Of a DNA stretch of 64,000 nt, positions 20,014 to 32,837 are shown piece after piece (position 1 is the first letter of the stretch; each line of letters starts with the position of its first letter). The DNA is taken from positions 1,761 to 65,760 of the forward strand of contig JBBQCO010000003.1 in assembly GCA_038318785.1 (NCBI GenBank), written 5' to 3'. The position numbers were made by a program, and so were the translations under genes. A model generated the notes under the pieces. The model was not told the DNA's origin. It worked only from the letters and a program-made list of their open reading frames with translations, and did no database searches. The stretch comes from Desulfobulbales bacterium. Its GTDB lineage: Bacteria; Desulfobacterota; Desulfobulbia; Desulfobulbales; Desulfobulbaceae.

Positions 20014-20759
20014 TGCTGGAGAAGATGATTGCCGTGGTCACCGGCGGCAGCCGCGGCATCGGGCGGGCAATCTGTGTGAAACTGGCTTCCATGGGTGCCA
20101 TCGTCGGTATTAATTATGTATCCAATCCGGCGGCAGCCGAAGAAACCTTGAAACAGATTGAGGCCCTAGGGGGCAAAGGGTTTACGGTCCGTTTTGATGT
20201 TGCCGATGGCGAAGCGGTCCATGAAAATTTCAAAGAAATTATTGCTACCCATGGCCAAATTGACATTCTCATCAACAATGCCGGCATCACCCGCGATGGC
20301 TTGATGGCGCGCATGAAAGAGGATGACTGGGACAGCGTGCTTGATACCAATCTGAAAGGTGCGTTTCTCTGCAGCAAGGCAGTGATGCGGACCATGATGA
20401 AAAAAAGGTGGGGTCGGATCATCAACGTCTCGTCGGTGGTTGGTTTTGTCGGCAACAGTGGCCAGGTTAATTATGGTGCGGCCAAAGCTGGTTTGACCGG
20501 TTTGACCAAATCCATGGCGAGGGAGCTAGCCGGACGGAACATCACCGTCAACTGCGTTGCTCCCGGATATATCGTCACCGACATGACGGACGGCCTTACC
20601 GAAGATGTTCAGGAAGCGCTCAAGGCCCAAATACCTCTGGGCATCTTGGGGACACCAGAAGATGTTGCCGCTTCAGTGGGTTTCCTGGCATCAACTGACA
20701 GTAATTACGTTACCGGTCAGACCCTGCACGTCAATGGCGGGATGTATATGGGACATTGA
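20010..20759 (+). CDS. fabG: 3-oxoacyl-ACP reductase
   Basis: TGGSRGIG, NNAGITRD, YGAAK. Confidence 0.96.
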   Translation: MMLEKMIAVVTGGSRGIGRAICVKLASMGAIVGINYVSNPAAAEETLKQIEALGGKGFTVRFDVADGEAVHENFKEIIATHGQIDILINNAGITRDGLMARMKEDDWDSVLDTNLKGAFLCSKAVMRTMMKKRWGRIINVSSVVGFVGNSGQVNYGAAKAGLTGLTKSMARELAGRNITVNCVAPGYIVTDMTDGLTEDVQEALKAQIPLGILGTPEDVAASVGFLASTDSNYVTGQTLHVNGGMYMGH

Positions 20760-20784
20760 CAAGAGATACCCGAATGTCTACTCT
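20756..20784 (+). promoter_or_regulatory. Internal sigma-70 promoter for acpP overlapping the fabG stop
   Basis: TTGACA-17bp-TACTCT. Confidence 0.6.
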
Positions 20785-20839
20785 TTCGGGCATTGTTTTA
20801 TGACAGAACAATCACAAGACTATTTTGAGGAGAATAACA

Positions 20840-21073
20840 ATGGCTGTTGAAGATAAAATGATTGATATCATCGTCGAGCAACTGAGTGTCGACCGCGACA
20901 AAGTCGTTCCAGGCGCTTCCTTTGTCGACGATCTTGGTGCTGATTCACTGGACTTGGTCGAGCTGATCATGGCTATGGAAGAGGAATTTGATGTCGAAAT
21001 TCCTGACGAAGAGGCTGAGAAGATCGTAACGGTGCAAAACGCCATCGATTTTGTCTCCAAAATTCAAAACTGA
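20840..21073 (+). CDS. acpP: Acyl carrier protein
   Basis: [12 protein letters not shown]; GAGGAG RBS. Confidence 0.97.
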   Translation: MAVEDKMIDIIVEQLSVDRDKVVPGASFVDDLGADSLDLVELIMAMEEEFDVEIPDEEAEKIVTVQNAIDFVSKIQN

Positions 21074-21089
21074 GTCGAGGCTTGTAAGC

Positions 21090-22328
21090 GTGAAACGACG
21101 GGTCGTTGTAACAGGGATTGGCTTGGTTACACCGCTAGGTATTGGGACCGAGCAGACGTGGAATGCTCTGATCAACGGACAAAGCGGCATCGGACCGATC
21201 ACCCGCTTTGATGCCTCTGATCAGGCTTCGCAGATTGCTGCCGAGGTAAAAGGTTTTAATCCTGAGGACTGGTTTGAAAAAAAGCAGGTGAAAAATCTGG
21301 ACCCCTTTGTGCAATACGCGGTTGCAGCAGCAGACATAGCCTGGAAAAGCAGCGGCCTGTCGATTACCGATGACAATGTCAATAGAGTTGGGGTTATAAC
21401 CGGTTGTGGTATGGGCGGCCTCCCCACCATTGAAGAGTATCATGGCGTTCTGGTGAATAAGGGGCCGCGCAAAATCACGCCGTTTTTCATACCCAGGGTT
21501 ATACCTAACATGCCCTCTGGCCATATTTCCATGCGGATAGGCTGCAAGGGGCCCAATCTTTCCCAGACGACTGCCTGTGCGGCCGGAACCCACGCAGTGG
21601 GCGAAGCCTTTCGTCATATTGTTTATGGCGATTGCGACGTGGCCATAACCGGCGGCACCGAATCGGTTATCTGTCCGCTGGCTGTGGGTGGATTCAGTGC
21701 GATGAAAGCCCTCTCGACGCGAAATGACGATCCGACTGCTGCCTCCAGACCCTTTGATCGCGATCGGGATGGGTTCGTCATTTCCGAGGGGTCAGGCATG
21801 TTGGTTCTGGAGGAATTGGAGTCAGCTAAACGGCGTGGAGCCACCATTTATGCCGAGATTATCGGTTACGGTCAGACCAGCGATGCTTACCATATAGCCG
21901 CTCCACCCGAAGATGGTGAAGGCGCTGCCCGCTGCATGGCCGCAGCCTTGCGGGATGCGGGACTTAATCCCGAAAATATCGATTATATCAACGCCCACGG
22001 CACCTCGACTCCGCTCAATGATAAATGCGAGACTCTGGCCATCAAAACCGTTTTTGGTTCGCATGCCAACAAGTTAGCTGTCAGTTCCACCAAATCGATG
22101 ACCGGTCACATGTTGGGTGCAGCTGGAGGGATTGAGGCGGCATTCACTGCCTTGAGCCTGTATCATGGCATCCTTCCGCCCACTGCCAATCTGCAGAACC
22201 CGGATCCTGATTGTGACTTGGATTACGTACCTCTAACAGCCCGGGAGGTACGGATTGAAACAGCCATGTCGAACTCCTTTGGATTCGGTGGTACCAATGG
22301 GGTAGTTGTCTTCCGGCGGTTTAAATAA
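21090..22328 (+). CDS. fabF: 3-oxoacyl-ACP synthase II
   Basis: [35 protein letters not shown]. Confidence 0.96.
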   Translation: MKRRVVVTGIGLVTPLGIGTEQTWNALINGQSGIGPITRFDASDQASQIAAEVKGFNPEDWFEKKQVKNLDPFVQYAVAAADIAWKSSGLSITDDNVNRVGVITGCGMGGLPTIEEYHGVLVNKGPRKITPFFIPRVIPNMPSGHISMRIGCKGPNLSQTTACAAGTHAVGEAFRHIVYGDCDVAITGGTESVICPLAVGGFSAMKALSTRNDDPTAASRPFDRDRDGFVISEGSGMLVLEELESAKRRGATIYAEIIGYGQTSDAYHIAAPPEDGEGAARCMAAALRDAGLNPENIDYINAHGTSTPLNDKCETLAIKTVFGSHANKLAVSSTKSMTGHMLGAAGGIEAAFTALSLYHGILPPTANLQNPDPDCDLDYVPLTAREVRIETAMSNSFGFGGTNGVVVFRRFK

Positions 22329-22351
22329 TTTGAATGTGATGGAGCAAACAC

Positions 22352-22777
22352 TTGAATGTTGCATTGGGGTGTGACCATGGCGGATTTGCTCTTAAACGAG
22401 AGCTGATCCACTTACTTGAACAATCCAGCCATACGATCATTGATCTAGGATGCTATTCCGAGGAATCGGTGGATTATCCTGATTTCGCCGACAAAGTCTG
22501 TGCGGCAATCAAGGATGGGCGCTGTTCACATGGTATCCTTATCTGCGGGACAGGTATCGGTATGTCGATAGCCGCCAACCGGCACCGGTACATTCGGGCA
22601 GCACTTTGCCATGAGGCCTTTTCCGCCAGAATGAGCCGGGAGCATAACGACGCCAACGTCCTCTGCCTTGGTGCCCGAGTAATAGGGAGTGCCATTGCTT
22701 TGGATATCGTCAAGGTCTGGCTCGAAACCAAGTTTGCCGGCGGTCGTCATCTGCGAAGGATTAGTATGATGGGGTAG
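22352..22777 (+). CDS. rpiB: Ribose-5-phosphate isomerase B
   Basis: GCDHGG, DYPD, CGTGIG, HNDAN, GGRH. Confidence 0.95.
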   Translation: MNVALGCDHGGFALKRELIHLLEQSSHTIIDLGCYSEESVDYPDFADKVCAAIKDGRCSHGILICGTGIGMSIAANRHRYIRAALCHEAFSARMSREHNDANVLCLGARVIGSAIALDIVKVWLETKFAGGRHLRRISMMG

Positions 22778-22804
22778 TCGGTTGACACCTGTTCTGAGTC
22801 TTCC

Positions 22805-22842
22805 AAACCGGTATGCTTTTGCACAAAGCTGCCGGTTTTTTT
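22805..22842 (+). terminator. Rho-independent terminator
   Basis: AAACCGGTA...TGCCGGTTTTTTT hairpin with T tail. Confidence 0.6.
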
Positions 22843-22888
22843 GTGTAAAGATTTTAACCTCTTTTTTGAAATTATTTCAGGGTGTGCC

Positions 22889-23353
22889 ATGAAATGTCCC
22901 TATTGTGGTCATTTAGATAGTCGGGTGATTGATTCACGGATCAATAAAGACAAGACCATCACCCGGCGTCGACGGGAGTGTGATTCCTGCCAACGCAGAT
23001 TCACCACCTATGAACGCATTGAGTTGACGTTGCCGATGCTGATAAAAAAAGACGGCAGACGAGAACCTTGGGATCGAGGAAAAATCATCGTTGGACTGGA
23101 AAAGGCCTGCGAAAAACTGGCGGTCAGCATGACCGACATTGATCTCTTTGTCGATGCTATCGAGCAGAAATTACAGGACTATGGCGGCAAGGAAATTCCC
23201 ACCAGTCAAATAGGGGAATGGGTGATGGAGGCATTGCCTGCGTTGGATGAGGTGGCCTATGTTCGCTTTGCTTCAGTCTACCGACAGTTCAGGGATGTCA
23301 ATGAGTTTATGAACGAACTGAAATTCTTCCTTGGCGAAAAAGGAAAACACTGA
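22889..23353 (+). CDS. nrdR: Transcriptional repressor NrdR
   Basis: [30 protein letters not shown]. Confidence 0.96.
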   Translation: MKCPYCGHLDSRVIDSRINKDKTITRRRRECDSCQRRFTTYERIELTLPMLIKKDGRREPWDRGKIIVGLEKACEKLAVSMTDIDLFVDAIEQKLQDYGGKEIPTSQIGEWVMEALPALDEVAYVRFASVYRQFRDVNEFMNELKFFLGEKGKH

Positions 23354-23359
23354 CCACTC

Positions 23360-24475
23360 GTGCTACGCATGCAAAACGATCACACCTCTTTTATGGAGTT
23401 AGCCTTGGTCGAGGCGCGAAAGGGACTCGGGCGAACTTCGCCGAATCCGACGGTGGGCGCTATCATTGTCAATAACGGCAAGGTCGTAGGCAGGGGATAT
23501 CATAAAAAAGCCGGAACTCCCCATGCCGAGGTTAACGCCATTGTCGACGCCGGTGAGCAGACGAACAATGCGACGCTCTATGTTACCCTGGAGCCTTGTA
23601 ACCATACGGGGAGAACGCCGCCCTGTTCCGAAGCCATTGTTCGTAGCGGAATTACCCACGTTGTTATTGGTATGTCTGACCCTAACCCACATGTGACCGG
23701 GGGAGGGGGGGACTTTTTGCGAGCAAGGGGGATTGAAGTATGTGGCGGGGTGCTTGAGCAGCAGTGCAGAGAGCTCAACTACCCATTTATCAAGTACAGC
23801 GCCACCGGATTGCCATGGATCATTATGAAAGCCGGATTAAGTCTCGACGGCAAAATCACCTTTCATCCCCGGCAAGGATGCGCCCTGACGGGTCCTGAAT
23901 CGAAACGATATGTACATCAGATACGCAATCAGGTTGACGCGATTTTAATTGGCGTTGAAACGGCAATAATCGATAATCCCAGCTTGACCACACGGCTTGA
24001 AGACGCAGGGGAGACGCGTGATCCACTCCGCATTGTCCTCGATTCTTCTTTGCGATTACCTGCGAACGCGCTCATGCTCACCCAAAATTCCACTGCTGAG
24101 ACATGGGCCATCTGCAGTGAAGGGGCTTCCATGGAAAATGAAGCGCGGCTGGTTGCAAGAGGAGCAAGGGTGTTTCGGCTCCCAGTTAGCGACATTGGAA
24201 AAGTTAAATTGTCGGCCTTGCTCATTTTCCTGGGGGAAAAAAATATTACCTCAGTGCTCGTGGAAGGAGGAGCACAGGTGCATGGAGCTTTTTATCGTCA
24301 AAATCTTGTTGATGAATTGCTTCTATTGTATGCGCCGCTCATTATTGGTGATGACGGCACACCCCTGGTTCGCGGCTATGGTATTGGTAGCCGGGCGGAG
24401 GCTCCACTCTTGCATAATGTAGCCTTCCAACTACTGGGGAAAGATCTGCTGTTGAAAGCCATTGTGCAGCGGTAA
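23360..24475 (+). CDS. ribD: Riboflavin biosynthesis deaminase/reductase
   Basis: PNPTVG, HAE, TLEPCNH.GRTPPC, SLDG, EGG. Confidence 0.95.
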   Translation: MLRMQNDHTSFMELALVEARKGLGRTSPNPTVGAIIVNNGKVVGRGYHKKAGTPHAEVNAIVDAGEQTNNATLYVTLEPCNHTGRTPPCSEAIVRSGITHVVIGMSDPNPHVTGGGGDFLRARGIEVCGGVLEQQCRELNYPFIKYSATGLPWIIMKAGLSLDGKITFHPRQGCALTGPESKRYVHQIRNQVDAILIGVETAIIDNPSLTTRLEDAGETRDPLRIVLDSSLRLPANALMLTQNSTAETWAICSEGASMENEARLVARGARVFRLPVSDIGKVKLSALLIFLGEKNITSVLVEGGAQVHGAFYRQNLVDELLLLYAPLIIGDDGTPLVRGYGIGSRAEAPLLHNVAFQLLGKDLLLKAIVQR

Positions 24476-24481
24476 AAAAAA

Positions 24482-25438
24482 TTATTGCTGGATAAGAGCC
24501 TTCATTTTCTCCCATTTCTCCTTCAAAGCCTCTATGTTGGCAAAGCGACAACGCATTTCTATGCTGTCGTCCTCAAAAAATGGGCTTGGCTTGATCGTCA
24601 TCCCGTCCGGAACTTGCAATCCTTGAACAAATTGTTGAAAGTTTTTTTCCATTGCCGATTTTTCTGGCCAATACATTTCATACAGTGTTTGCAGAAGCCC
24701 TTGTAACCGTTGAGGAGCATTTTTTTCCTCAAATGCTTGATCCGCAGCAGGTAACCATTCTCGGATAAGTACTTGAACAGGCATGTTTTCCCTCAAGGAT
24801 AATTCCGTGACCATTTCAACCAGTTTTTGTTGTTTTGATCCACCAAGTTGGTAGGTGCTAATGAGCCGGACCAACAACCCTTGGTCTTCATGTGAAAGAA
24901 ATTTAAACAGTTTCCCCGTTTTAAGTGACAGGATTCCCTGATGCAAGGCTGCGATGGCCAATGGGGCAAGTCGTAGGAGGTCGGTGAGTTCATCGAGTTT
25001 GTAGAGCTGAGGCTTGTGTCCCATCAAGGAGAGAAAGGAGCACGTCTCCTTGTCGGTGAGCTTTTGTCGCGCCTGCTGCAAAAGATACGCCTGTAGAATG
25101 GGGCTGGCCTGGGGATCAGCGAGCCCGTGGAGGATCTGCAGAGAATAGAGTTGGAGCGGTGAAGTGGAGCGGGGGAGAACTTGACAGACGACTTTTTCTA
25201 TCCCCAGCGAAGTGATCGCAGTAAAAGATGAATAGTAGGCAATGAGCTGATATTGTTTCTCTGCTTGTTGCCAGACCAGCAAGGGGACTGTTTGACCAAC
25301 TAGTTGTAATCTTTCAACAAGCAAGGAATCAGGGCTTTCATGAAGCGACCGGATGAAATCGTCGGGATAATCTATGAACTGACAACTGATCGTTTTGAAT
25401 GGGTAACTCGGCTGCATTGCAATATTTTTTAAATGCAA
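24482..25438 (-). CDS. Hypothetical protein, possibly with a degenerate ParB-like N-terminal domain
   Basis: SLLVERLQLVGQTVPLLV resembles ParB-N; helical C-terminus; weak call. Confidence 0.5.
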   Translation of the reverse strand: MHLKNIAMQPSYPFKTISCQFIDYPDDFIRSLHESPDSLLVERLQLVGQTVPLLVWQQAEKQYQLIAYYSSFTAITSLGIEKVVCQVLPRSTSPLQLYSLQILHGLADPQASPILQAYLLQQARQKLTDKETCSFLSLMGHKPQLYKLDELTDLLRLAPLAIAALHQGILSLKTGKLFKFLSHEDQGLLVRLISTYQLGGSKQQKLVEMVTELSLRENMPVQVLIREWLPAADQAFEEKNAPQRLQGLLQTLYEMYWPEKSAMEKNFQQFVQGLQVPDGMTIKPSPFFEDDSIEMRCRFANIEALKEKWEKMKALIQQ

Positions 25439-25523
25439 ATATAGATATAAAAAGTGGAAGAGTTAGATATCAGCTATAGGTACTTTTCATGCTGCTGTGA
25501 GGCAACCGCTATCGAGGATTGGG

Positions 25524-25559
25524 AAAAACAAAAAGGCGCCGCTTGCAGCAGGCGCCTTG
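25524..25559 (-). terminator. Rho-independent terminator of ihfA
   Basis: Minus strand AAGGCGCC-TGCTGCAAGC-GGCGCCTTTTTGTTTTT. Confidence 0.75.
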
Positions 25560-25583
25560 ATCGAACTCGATGCAAAAGTGGTT

Positions 25584-25871
25584 TTAATCGGAATTAATGC
25601 GAGAGCGAAGAATTCCAGAGGGTTTGAAAGTAACGACCCGTCTGGCATCAAGTGTGAGTTCGCTCCCTGTCTGTGGGTTTCGACCACGACGGGATTTTTT
25701 ATCTTTGATATTGAACTTGCCAAATCCACTAAGCAACAAGTCTTCGCCTATAATTAAGGAAGATTTGGACAATGACAGAAAGGTTTCGACAGAATCCGTG
25801 GACTGCGATTTGGTCAGGTTGGGATGCGCCTTGTACACCTGCTGTACCAGATCAGCCTTTGTTAAAGTCAT
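25584..25871 (-). CDS. ihfA: Integration host factor alpha subunit
   Basis: LTKADL, SGFGKF, GRNPQTG, RRVVTFKPS. Confidence 0.88.
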   Translation of the reverse strand: MTLTKADLVQQVYKAHPNLTKSQSTDSVETFLSLSKSSLIIGEDLLLSGFGKFNIKDKKSRRGRNPQTGSELTLDARRVVTFKPSGILRSRINSD

Positions 25872-25963
25872 TTTTGTACCTCCAGGATAACTCGTGAAGA
25901 GAGGATCATTTTATTATTACTGATTCTATAATAGGAAGTAATACAGCAGGTTGTCAACCTGGT

Positions 25964-28499
<2,536 letters not shown>

Positions 28500-28554
28500 G
28501 AAGAGGTCTCCGGCAATTTCTTGAAATTTTGTAAAAAGTAGCAGCGATAAGGTG

Positions 28555-28583
28555 TTGACAGATACTTCTTTAGTTTTTATAAA
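28555..28583 (+). promoter_or_regulatory. Sigma-70 promoter of the PxxKW gene
   Basis: TTGACA-17bp-TATAAA. Confidence 0.65.
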
Positions 28584-28689
28584 TAGCGCCTTTGAATATT
28601 GAGAATGGCGTTAGACACTTATTTTTTATTGTATGGAAGATTTTTTTCTGATTCAAGAAAAAGTTTATATTTTTTCAGGAGTTGGCAAT

Positions 28690-28935
28690 ATGCAAACAAG
28701 CAATGCGGCTAAATTCAACGATGGATCGTTTCTGCCGGTAATTGAGCAGTGCGAAGGATGTGAGCGAATCGTTGAGGCGGAAGGTGGTAAATTCTGTGAT
28801 ACCTACATGAATCCAGGGGCAAAATGGCGGCTGGGCATATGTAATTTTGCAACTCATGCAAAACCGGAAGTCACAATTGTAAAAATTCGCGTCAACCCGC
28901 TGAAGGCTGCAAAGAGGGCATCTCGCCGCAAGTAG
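28690..28935 (+). CDS. PxxKW-family cysteine-rich protein
   Basis: CEGC...C..Y..PGAKW..G.CNFATH...NPLKAAKR; CAGGAG RBS. Confidence 0.85.
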   Translation: MQTSNAAKFNDGSFLPVIEQCEGCERIVEAEGGKFCDTYMNPGAKWRLGICNFATHAKPEVTIVKIRVNPLKAAKRASRRK

Positions 28936-29057
28936 TACCCGGTTTTTAAAAGAGAGAAAGAATGCTGTGCTCTTCGCATTTATTTTGTGTGAAGGCTGAA
29001 TCCGCAACTTCTTCATGCCCACCCTCTAGCTGTCCCCCCTTTTTTAACGGTCTCGAA

Positions 29058-29095
29058 ATCCAGTTCCCTTCAACCAAAGCTGAAGGGAACTGGAT
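29058..29095. repeat. Perfect 15-bp inverted repeat between convergent genes (probable bidirectional terminator)
   Basis: ATCCAGTTCCCTTCA-8nt-TGAAGGGAACTGGAT. Confidence 0.8.
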
Positions 29096-29165
29096 GACTC
29101 CTCATCTTTACCCCCCACTGTACCTCTATATATTAGAAAGCCAGCATCGTGCATGGTGGTATGAA

Positions 29166-29861
29166 TCATGAAACATGGCGAAGCGCACCGAACAATGCTG
29201 TGCCGACTCGAACAATGGTGGCGCCTTCCTCAACAGCTACCGGATAATCGCCGGACATGCCCATTGAAAGCTCAACATGCGAATTATCTGAGAAAAGATT
29301 GAGAGCGGCAAGTCGATTTGCACAATCTTTCAATTCCCGGAAATAGGGCCGGCTGTTCTCCGGATCGGAAGAGAACGGAGGCATTGTCATCAGTCCAAGA
29401 ATGCGGAGATCGGTTTCCTGAGTAACCTGGTAAAGTAGTGCATCCGCCTCTTCAGGGAGCACCCCTGATTTTTGTTTTTCTCTGCCTGTATTGACCTGGA
29501 TGAGCACAGATAATTTTTTTTTGAGCATTTTTGCATGGCTGTCTAAGGCCTTCGCAACCTTCAATCGGTCCACCGTTTCGATTACGTCGAAAAGCTCCAC
29601 CGCCTGTTTAGCCTTGTTACTTTGCAAATGGCCTATGAAATGCCAGCTGACCGTGGGGGGAAGGAGGGCGATTTTGCCTGCAGCCTCCTGGAGGTAGTTT
29701 TCTCCGAAAAGCATTTGGCCATTTTCTATGGCTTGTCGCATGAGGTCGACGTTGATCATCTTGCTGACAGCCACCAGCTTGATGTCTTTTGGGTCTCTAT
29801 CGACTCTTCCGGCCGCTTGTGCAATAGTCTCCAGGATTTGGGCAAGATTATCATGAATCAT
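29166..29861 (-). CDS. yggS: PLP homeostasis protein YggS
   Basis: LVAVSK, FGENYLQE, WHFIGHLQSNK, LSMGMSGD, VRVGTALFG. Confidence 0.95.
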   Translation of the reverse strand: MIHDNLAQILETIAQAAGRVDRDPKDIKLVAVSKMINVDLMRQAIENGQMLFGENYLQEAAGKIALLPPTVSWHFIGHLQSNKAKQAVELFDVIETVDRLKVAKALDSHAKMLKKKLSVLIQVNTGREKQKSGVLPEEADALLYQVTQETDLRILGLMTMPPFSSDPENSRPYFRELKDCANRLAALNLFSDNSHVELSMGMSGDYPVAVEEGATIVRVGTALFGALRHVS

Positions 29862-30681
29862 GAGTATTCTCAGGGAGGTGGAAAAGCCGAACGGCGTTGG
29901 CTGTGGTCCTTTGGGCCACCTCGTCAAGTGAAACCTGTTTGAGTTCCGCCACCTTTTGGGCCGTATACAACATCAATTTTGGTTCGTTTCGTTTTCCCCG
30001 AAAGGGCACCGGAGCCAGATACGGTCCATCGGTTTCCAGCAGCAGATGCCGGAGGTCGATGGCGCGAATAACCTCATGAAGAGTGTGGGCATTGGTAAAG
30101 GTGGCCACCCCTGGGATCGAGATGTAAAATCCCAGATCGATCATTTCTTCGGCCAGTTGTCGGTCGCCCGAGAAGCAATGCATTACACCGCCTTGAGGAA
30201 AAGGGCCGATTGATCGGATCAGGTGGCAGACATCGTCATGGGCTTCGCGATCATGGATCACAACCGGCAGGTCAAGATCCTTGGCTAGGTGGAGCTGCTC
30301 GGAAAAGATTTTGAGTTGCACATCGCGCGGGGCATAATTTTTAACGTAATCAAGGCCAATTTCCCCGTATCCGACCACGGATCGATGAGATGCCAGATCG
30401 GCAAGCATCCTTAGGGCGCTGGATGTGGCTTGATGCGCATCATGGGGATGGAACCCGATGGTCGCAAAGACATTGGGGTAGCGATCAGAGAGAGTCACCG
30501 CCTCTTTGGAACTTGGATAGTCGATTCCAATGGTGACAATGCGCTTGATGCCGTGTTGAAAAGCCGATTGGACGATGTCTTCCAGGTCAGGCTGGTAGGC
30601 CCCCATATCGAGATGGCAGTGGGTGTCGATGAGTTCGGCCTGATCGGAAAGTTTTGGGAGCGGGAATGTTTGCTGTTGCAT
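29851..30681 (-). CDS. tatD: TatD-family hydrolase
   Basis: DTHCH, GEIGLDY, IHDREA, HCFSG, ETDGPY. Confidence 0.94.
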   Translation of the reverse strand: MQQQTFPLPKLSDQAELIDTHCHLDMGAYQPDLEDIVQSAFQHGIKRIVTIGIDYPSSKEAVTLSDRYPNVFATIGFHPHDAHQATSSALRMLADLASHRSVVGYGEIGLDYVKNYAPRDVQLKIFSEQLHLAKDLDLPVVIHDREAHDDVCHLIRSIGPFPQGGVMHCFSGDRQLAEEMIDLGFYISIPGVATFTNAHTLHEVIRAIDLRHLLLETDGPYLAPVPFRGKRNEPKLMLYTAQKVAELKQVSLDEVAQRTTANAVRLFHLPENTHDS

Positions 30682-31094
30682 CGGGAGGTGGTGTGAAAGA
30701 AATACTTGTTGCTGAATGGATCAAAAGTAGCCGGGAAAATTGAAATCGATTTGTTTTCATCCTGCATTTAACAATACATCTGTACCATAGTGAATGTTTA
30801 TTGACATTAAAACCTTTATTTTTTACAACTGGTTGTCTCGGTTTCTCCTTTCGTCCTTCCTCGCCGTCTTGCCCTCTAGATTGATGAGTCTTAGCTTGGT
30901 CCACAGGGCTTCAGGCCTGAATGGGGTCAGGATTTGTGCAGTTGCAAGGATGAATTGGGTTATTGTATCGTTGTCGGAGTCGAAAAAATATTGATGATTG
31001 GAAAGAGAATAGCGTCTGATTTCTTTGCGGGTTTTTTCGGCTCCGAGGTCATACTGTTGCAGGATAAATGCATATTTATTACTAGAACCGGAGG

Positions 31095-31586
31095 ATGAGT
31101 CAAATGAAAAAAAGTAATGGAATGAAGTGGTTTGTTTTGCTTGGTGTGGCGCTGCTCCTCATTTCCGCCGGCTGCGCGTCGAACAAGAGTATGGTGGGAT
31201 CCGATGCGGCGGGCTTGCCGCAAATCAGCAATTTTGCTGATGATATCAAAGATATTACCCTGCCCACCGAGCTTGCTTGGGATCGGAAAAATTCGATGGT
31301 CATTAAGACCGAATCGTTTCGAGGCGGTATTTTTACCTATAAAGGAAGAGTGGAGATGATGTCCTTGAAGGATTATATGGTCGCCTCCATGCAGGATAAT
31401 AAATGGCGATTGGTAGGTGAGACCGCCTCAAAGGATATCATGCTTGCCTTTGTCAAACCTAACAAGACCTGCATGATGGTGATTTCCGAAGGTGTTCTTG
31501 GAAAAACCGATCTCAAGCTGTATGTGGCCATCGATAAAACCGGCGGAGCCAATGCCAGTGCTCCAAGTAATTCTTTTTCCCAGTAA
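31095..31586 (+). CDS. Hypothetical lipoprotein
   Basis: Lipobox ISAGC after a hydrophobic stretch; GGAGG RBS. Confidence 0.75.
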   Translation: MSQMKKSNGMKWFVLLGVALLLISAGCASNKSMVGSDAAGLPQISNFADDIKDITLPTELAWDRKNSMVIKTESFRGGIFTYKGRVEMMSLKDYMVASMQDNKWRLVGETASKDIMLAFVKPNKTCMMVISEGVLGKTDLKLYVAIDKTGGANASAPSNSFSQ

Positions 31587-31598
31587 GGTTTTGAGGGT

Positions 31599-32813
31599 AT
31601 GCCTGGTCTTCAAGGGAAAAGAGTTCTCCTCGGGGTTACCGGATCTATAGCTGCCTATAAAGCTGCAGAATGGGTCCGGTCGTTGGTCAAGGAAGAGGCG
31701 ATGGTGACGGTCATTATGACCGAGGCTGCCGAACGATTTGTGGCGCCGCTGACTTTTTCTGCTCTTACCGGTAATCCGGTCCATCGCGATATGTTTGACG
31801 AGACCCCTGACTGGGTCATGGCTCACATTAATCTGTCTCGGGAGGCCGATGTCATTTTGATTGCCCCTGCCACGGCGCAGACCATTGGTCGGCTCGCGCA
31901 CGGCATGGCTGATAATCTGTTGGCAACGGTTGTTCTAGCTGCCCAAATACCCGTGGTTGTCTGTCCTGCGATGAACTCGGCCATGCTGTCCCATCCTGCC
32001 ACACTGGCAAATATCAGTCGCCTGGAGCAATTCGGTTATCACCTGGTACAATCTGGTAGCGGTTCCCTTGCCTGTGGCGATACAGGAGACGGGCGTTTGG
32101 CCGATTGGGATGTCGCTCGGGAAAAACTGCTGGCCCTGTTTCAACCAGATGATCTCAAAGGGCGAAGAATTCTGATCACCGCAGGCCCGACCAGGGAACC
32201 GCTGGACCCTGCTCGTTTTCTCAGTAATCGTTCGAGCGGCAAAATGGGCTTTGCACTGGCGCGTGCGGCTCTCCGCAGAGGGGCGGAGGTGACATTGGTT
32301 ACAGGTCCGGTTCATCTGCCCAACCCCCCCGGCATAGAAGTGATTCGAGTGACGACCGCAGCAGAAATGGCGGTGGCTGTTTTTGAGCGGGCTAAGACAA
32401 TGGAGGTTATTGTTAAATCGGCGGCGGTTGCCGATTTCAAACCGTCCACCTATGCGTCGCATAAAATTAAGAAGACGCAGCAAGGGTTCCATCTGGATCT
32501 GGTCAAAAATACCGACATCTTGACTGAATTAGGAAAAAACCGTTTTCCGGGACAGGTTTTGGTTGGTTTTGCGGCTGAAAGTCGTGATCATGTCAGTGAG
32601 GGGCAACGAAAACTTCGGGAAAAAAATTTGGATCTGATAGTGGTCAACGATATCCTTGGCGCAAAAACAGGTTTTGACGTGGAAACCAATCAGGTAACGT
32701 TAATCGACAGGCAAGCAAGTGCTTCCCTGCCGTTGTTGTCCAAGGAAGCCACCGCCAACCGGATTTGGGACAAGGTCGTCCTGTTGCTCGAGAAGTCCGA
32801 TAATGAAGTATAA
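31599..32813 (+). CDS. coaBC: Phosphopantothenoylcysteine decarboxylase/ligase
   Basis: [33 protein letters not shown]. Confidence 0.96.
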   Translation: MPGLQGKRVLLGVTGSIAAYKAAEWVRSLVKEEAMVTVIMTEAAERFVAPLTFSALTGNPVHRDMFDETPDWVMAHINLSREADVILIAPATAQTIGRLAHGMADNLLATVVLAAQIPVVVCPAMNSAMLSHPATLANISRLEQFGYHLVQSGSGSLACGDTGDGRLADWDVAREKLLALFQPDDLKGRRILITAGPTREPLDPARFLSNRSSGKMGFALARAALRRGAEVTLVTGPVHLPNPPGIEVIRVTTAAEMAVAVFERAKTMEVIVKSAAVADFKPSTYASHKIKKTQQGFHLDLVKNTDILTELGKNRFPGQVLVGFAAESRDHVSEGQRKLREKNLDLIVVNDILGAKTGFDVETNQVTLIDRQASASLPLLSKEATANRIWDKVVLLLEKSDNEV

Positions 32814-32837
32814 CCAAGGTCAGGCGATCAAGCGGTC

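Noticed and set aside
22352-24475. Absence of glyA and ribE/ribBA/ribH around rpiB-nrdR-ribD, and of mlaB in the mla operon
   Set aside because: Ordinary gene-order variation; the genes may lie elsewhere and this cannot be judged from the window.
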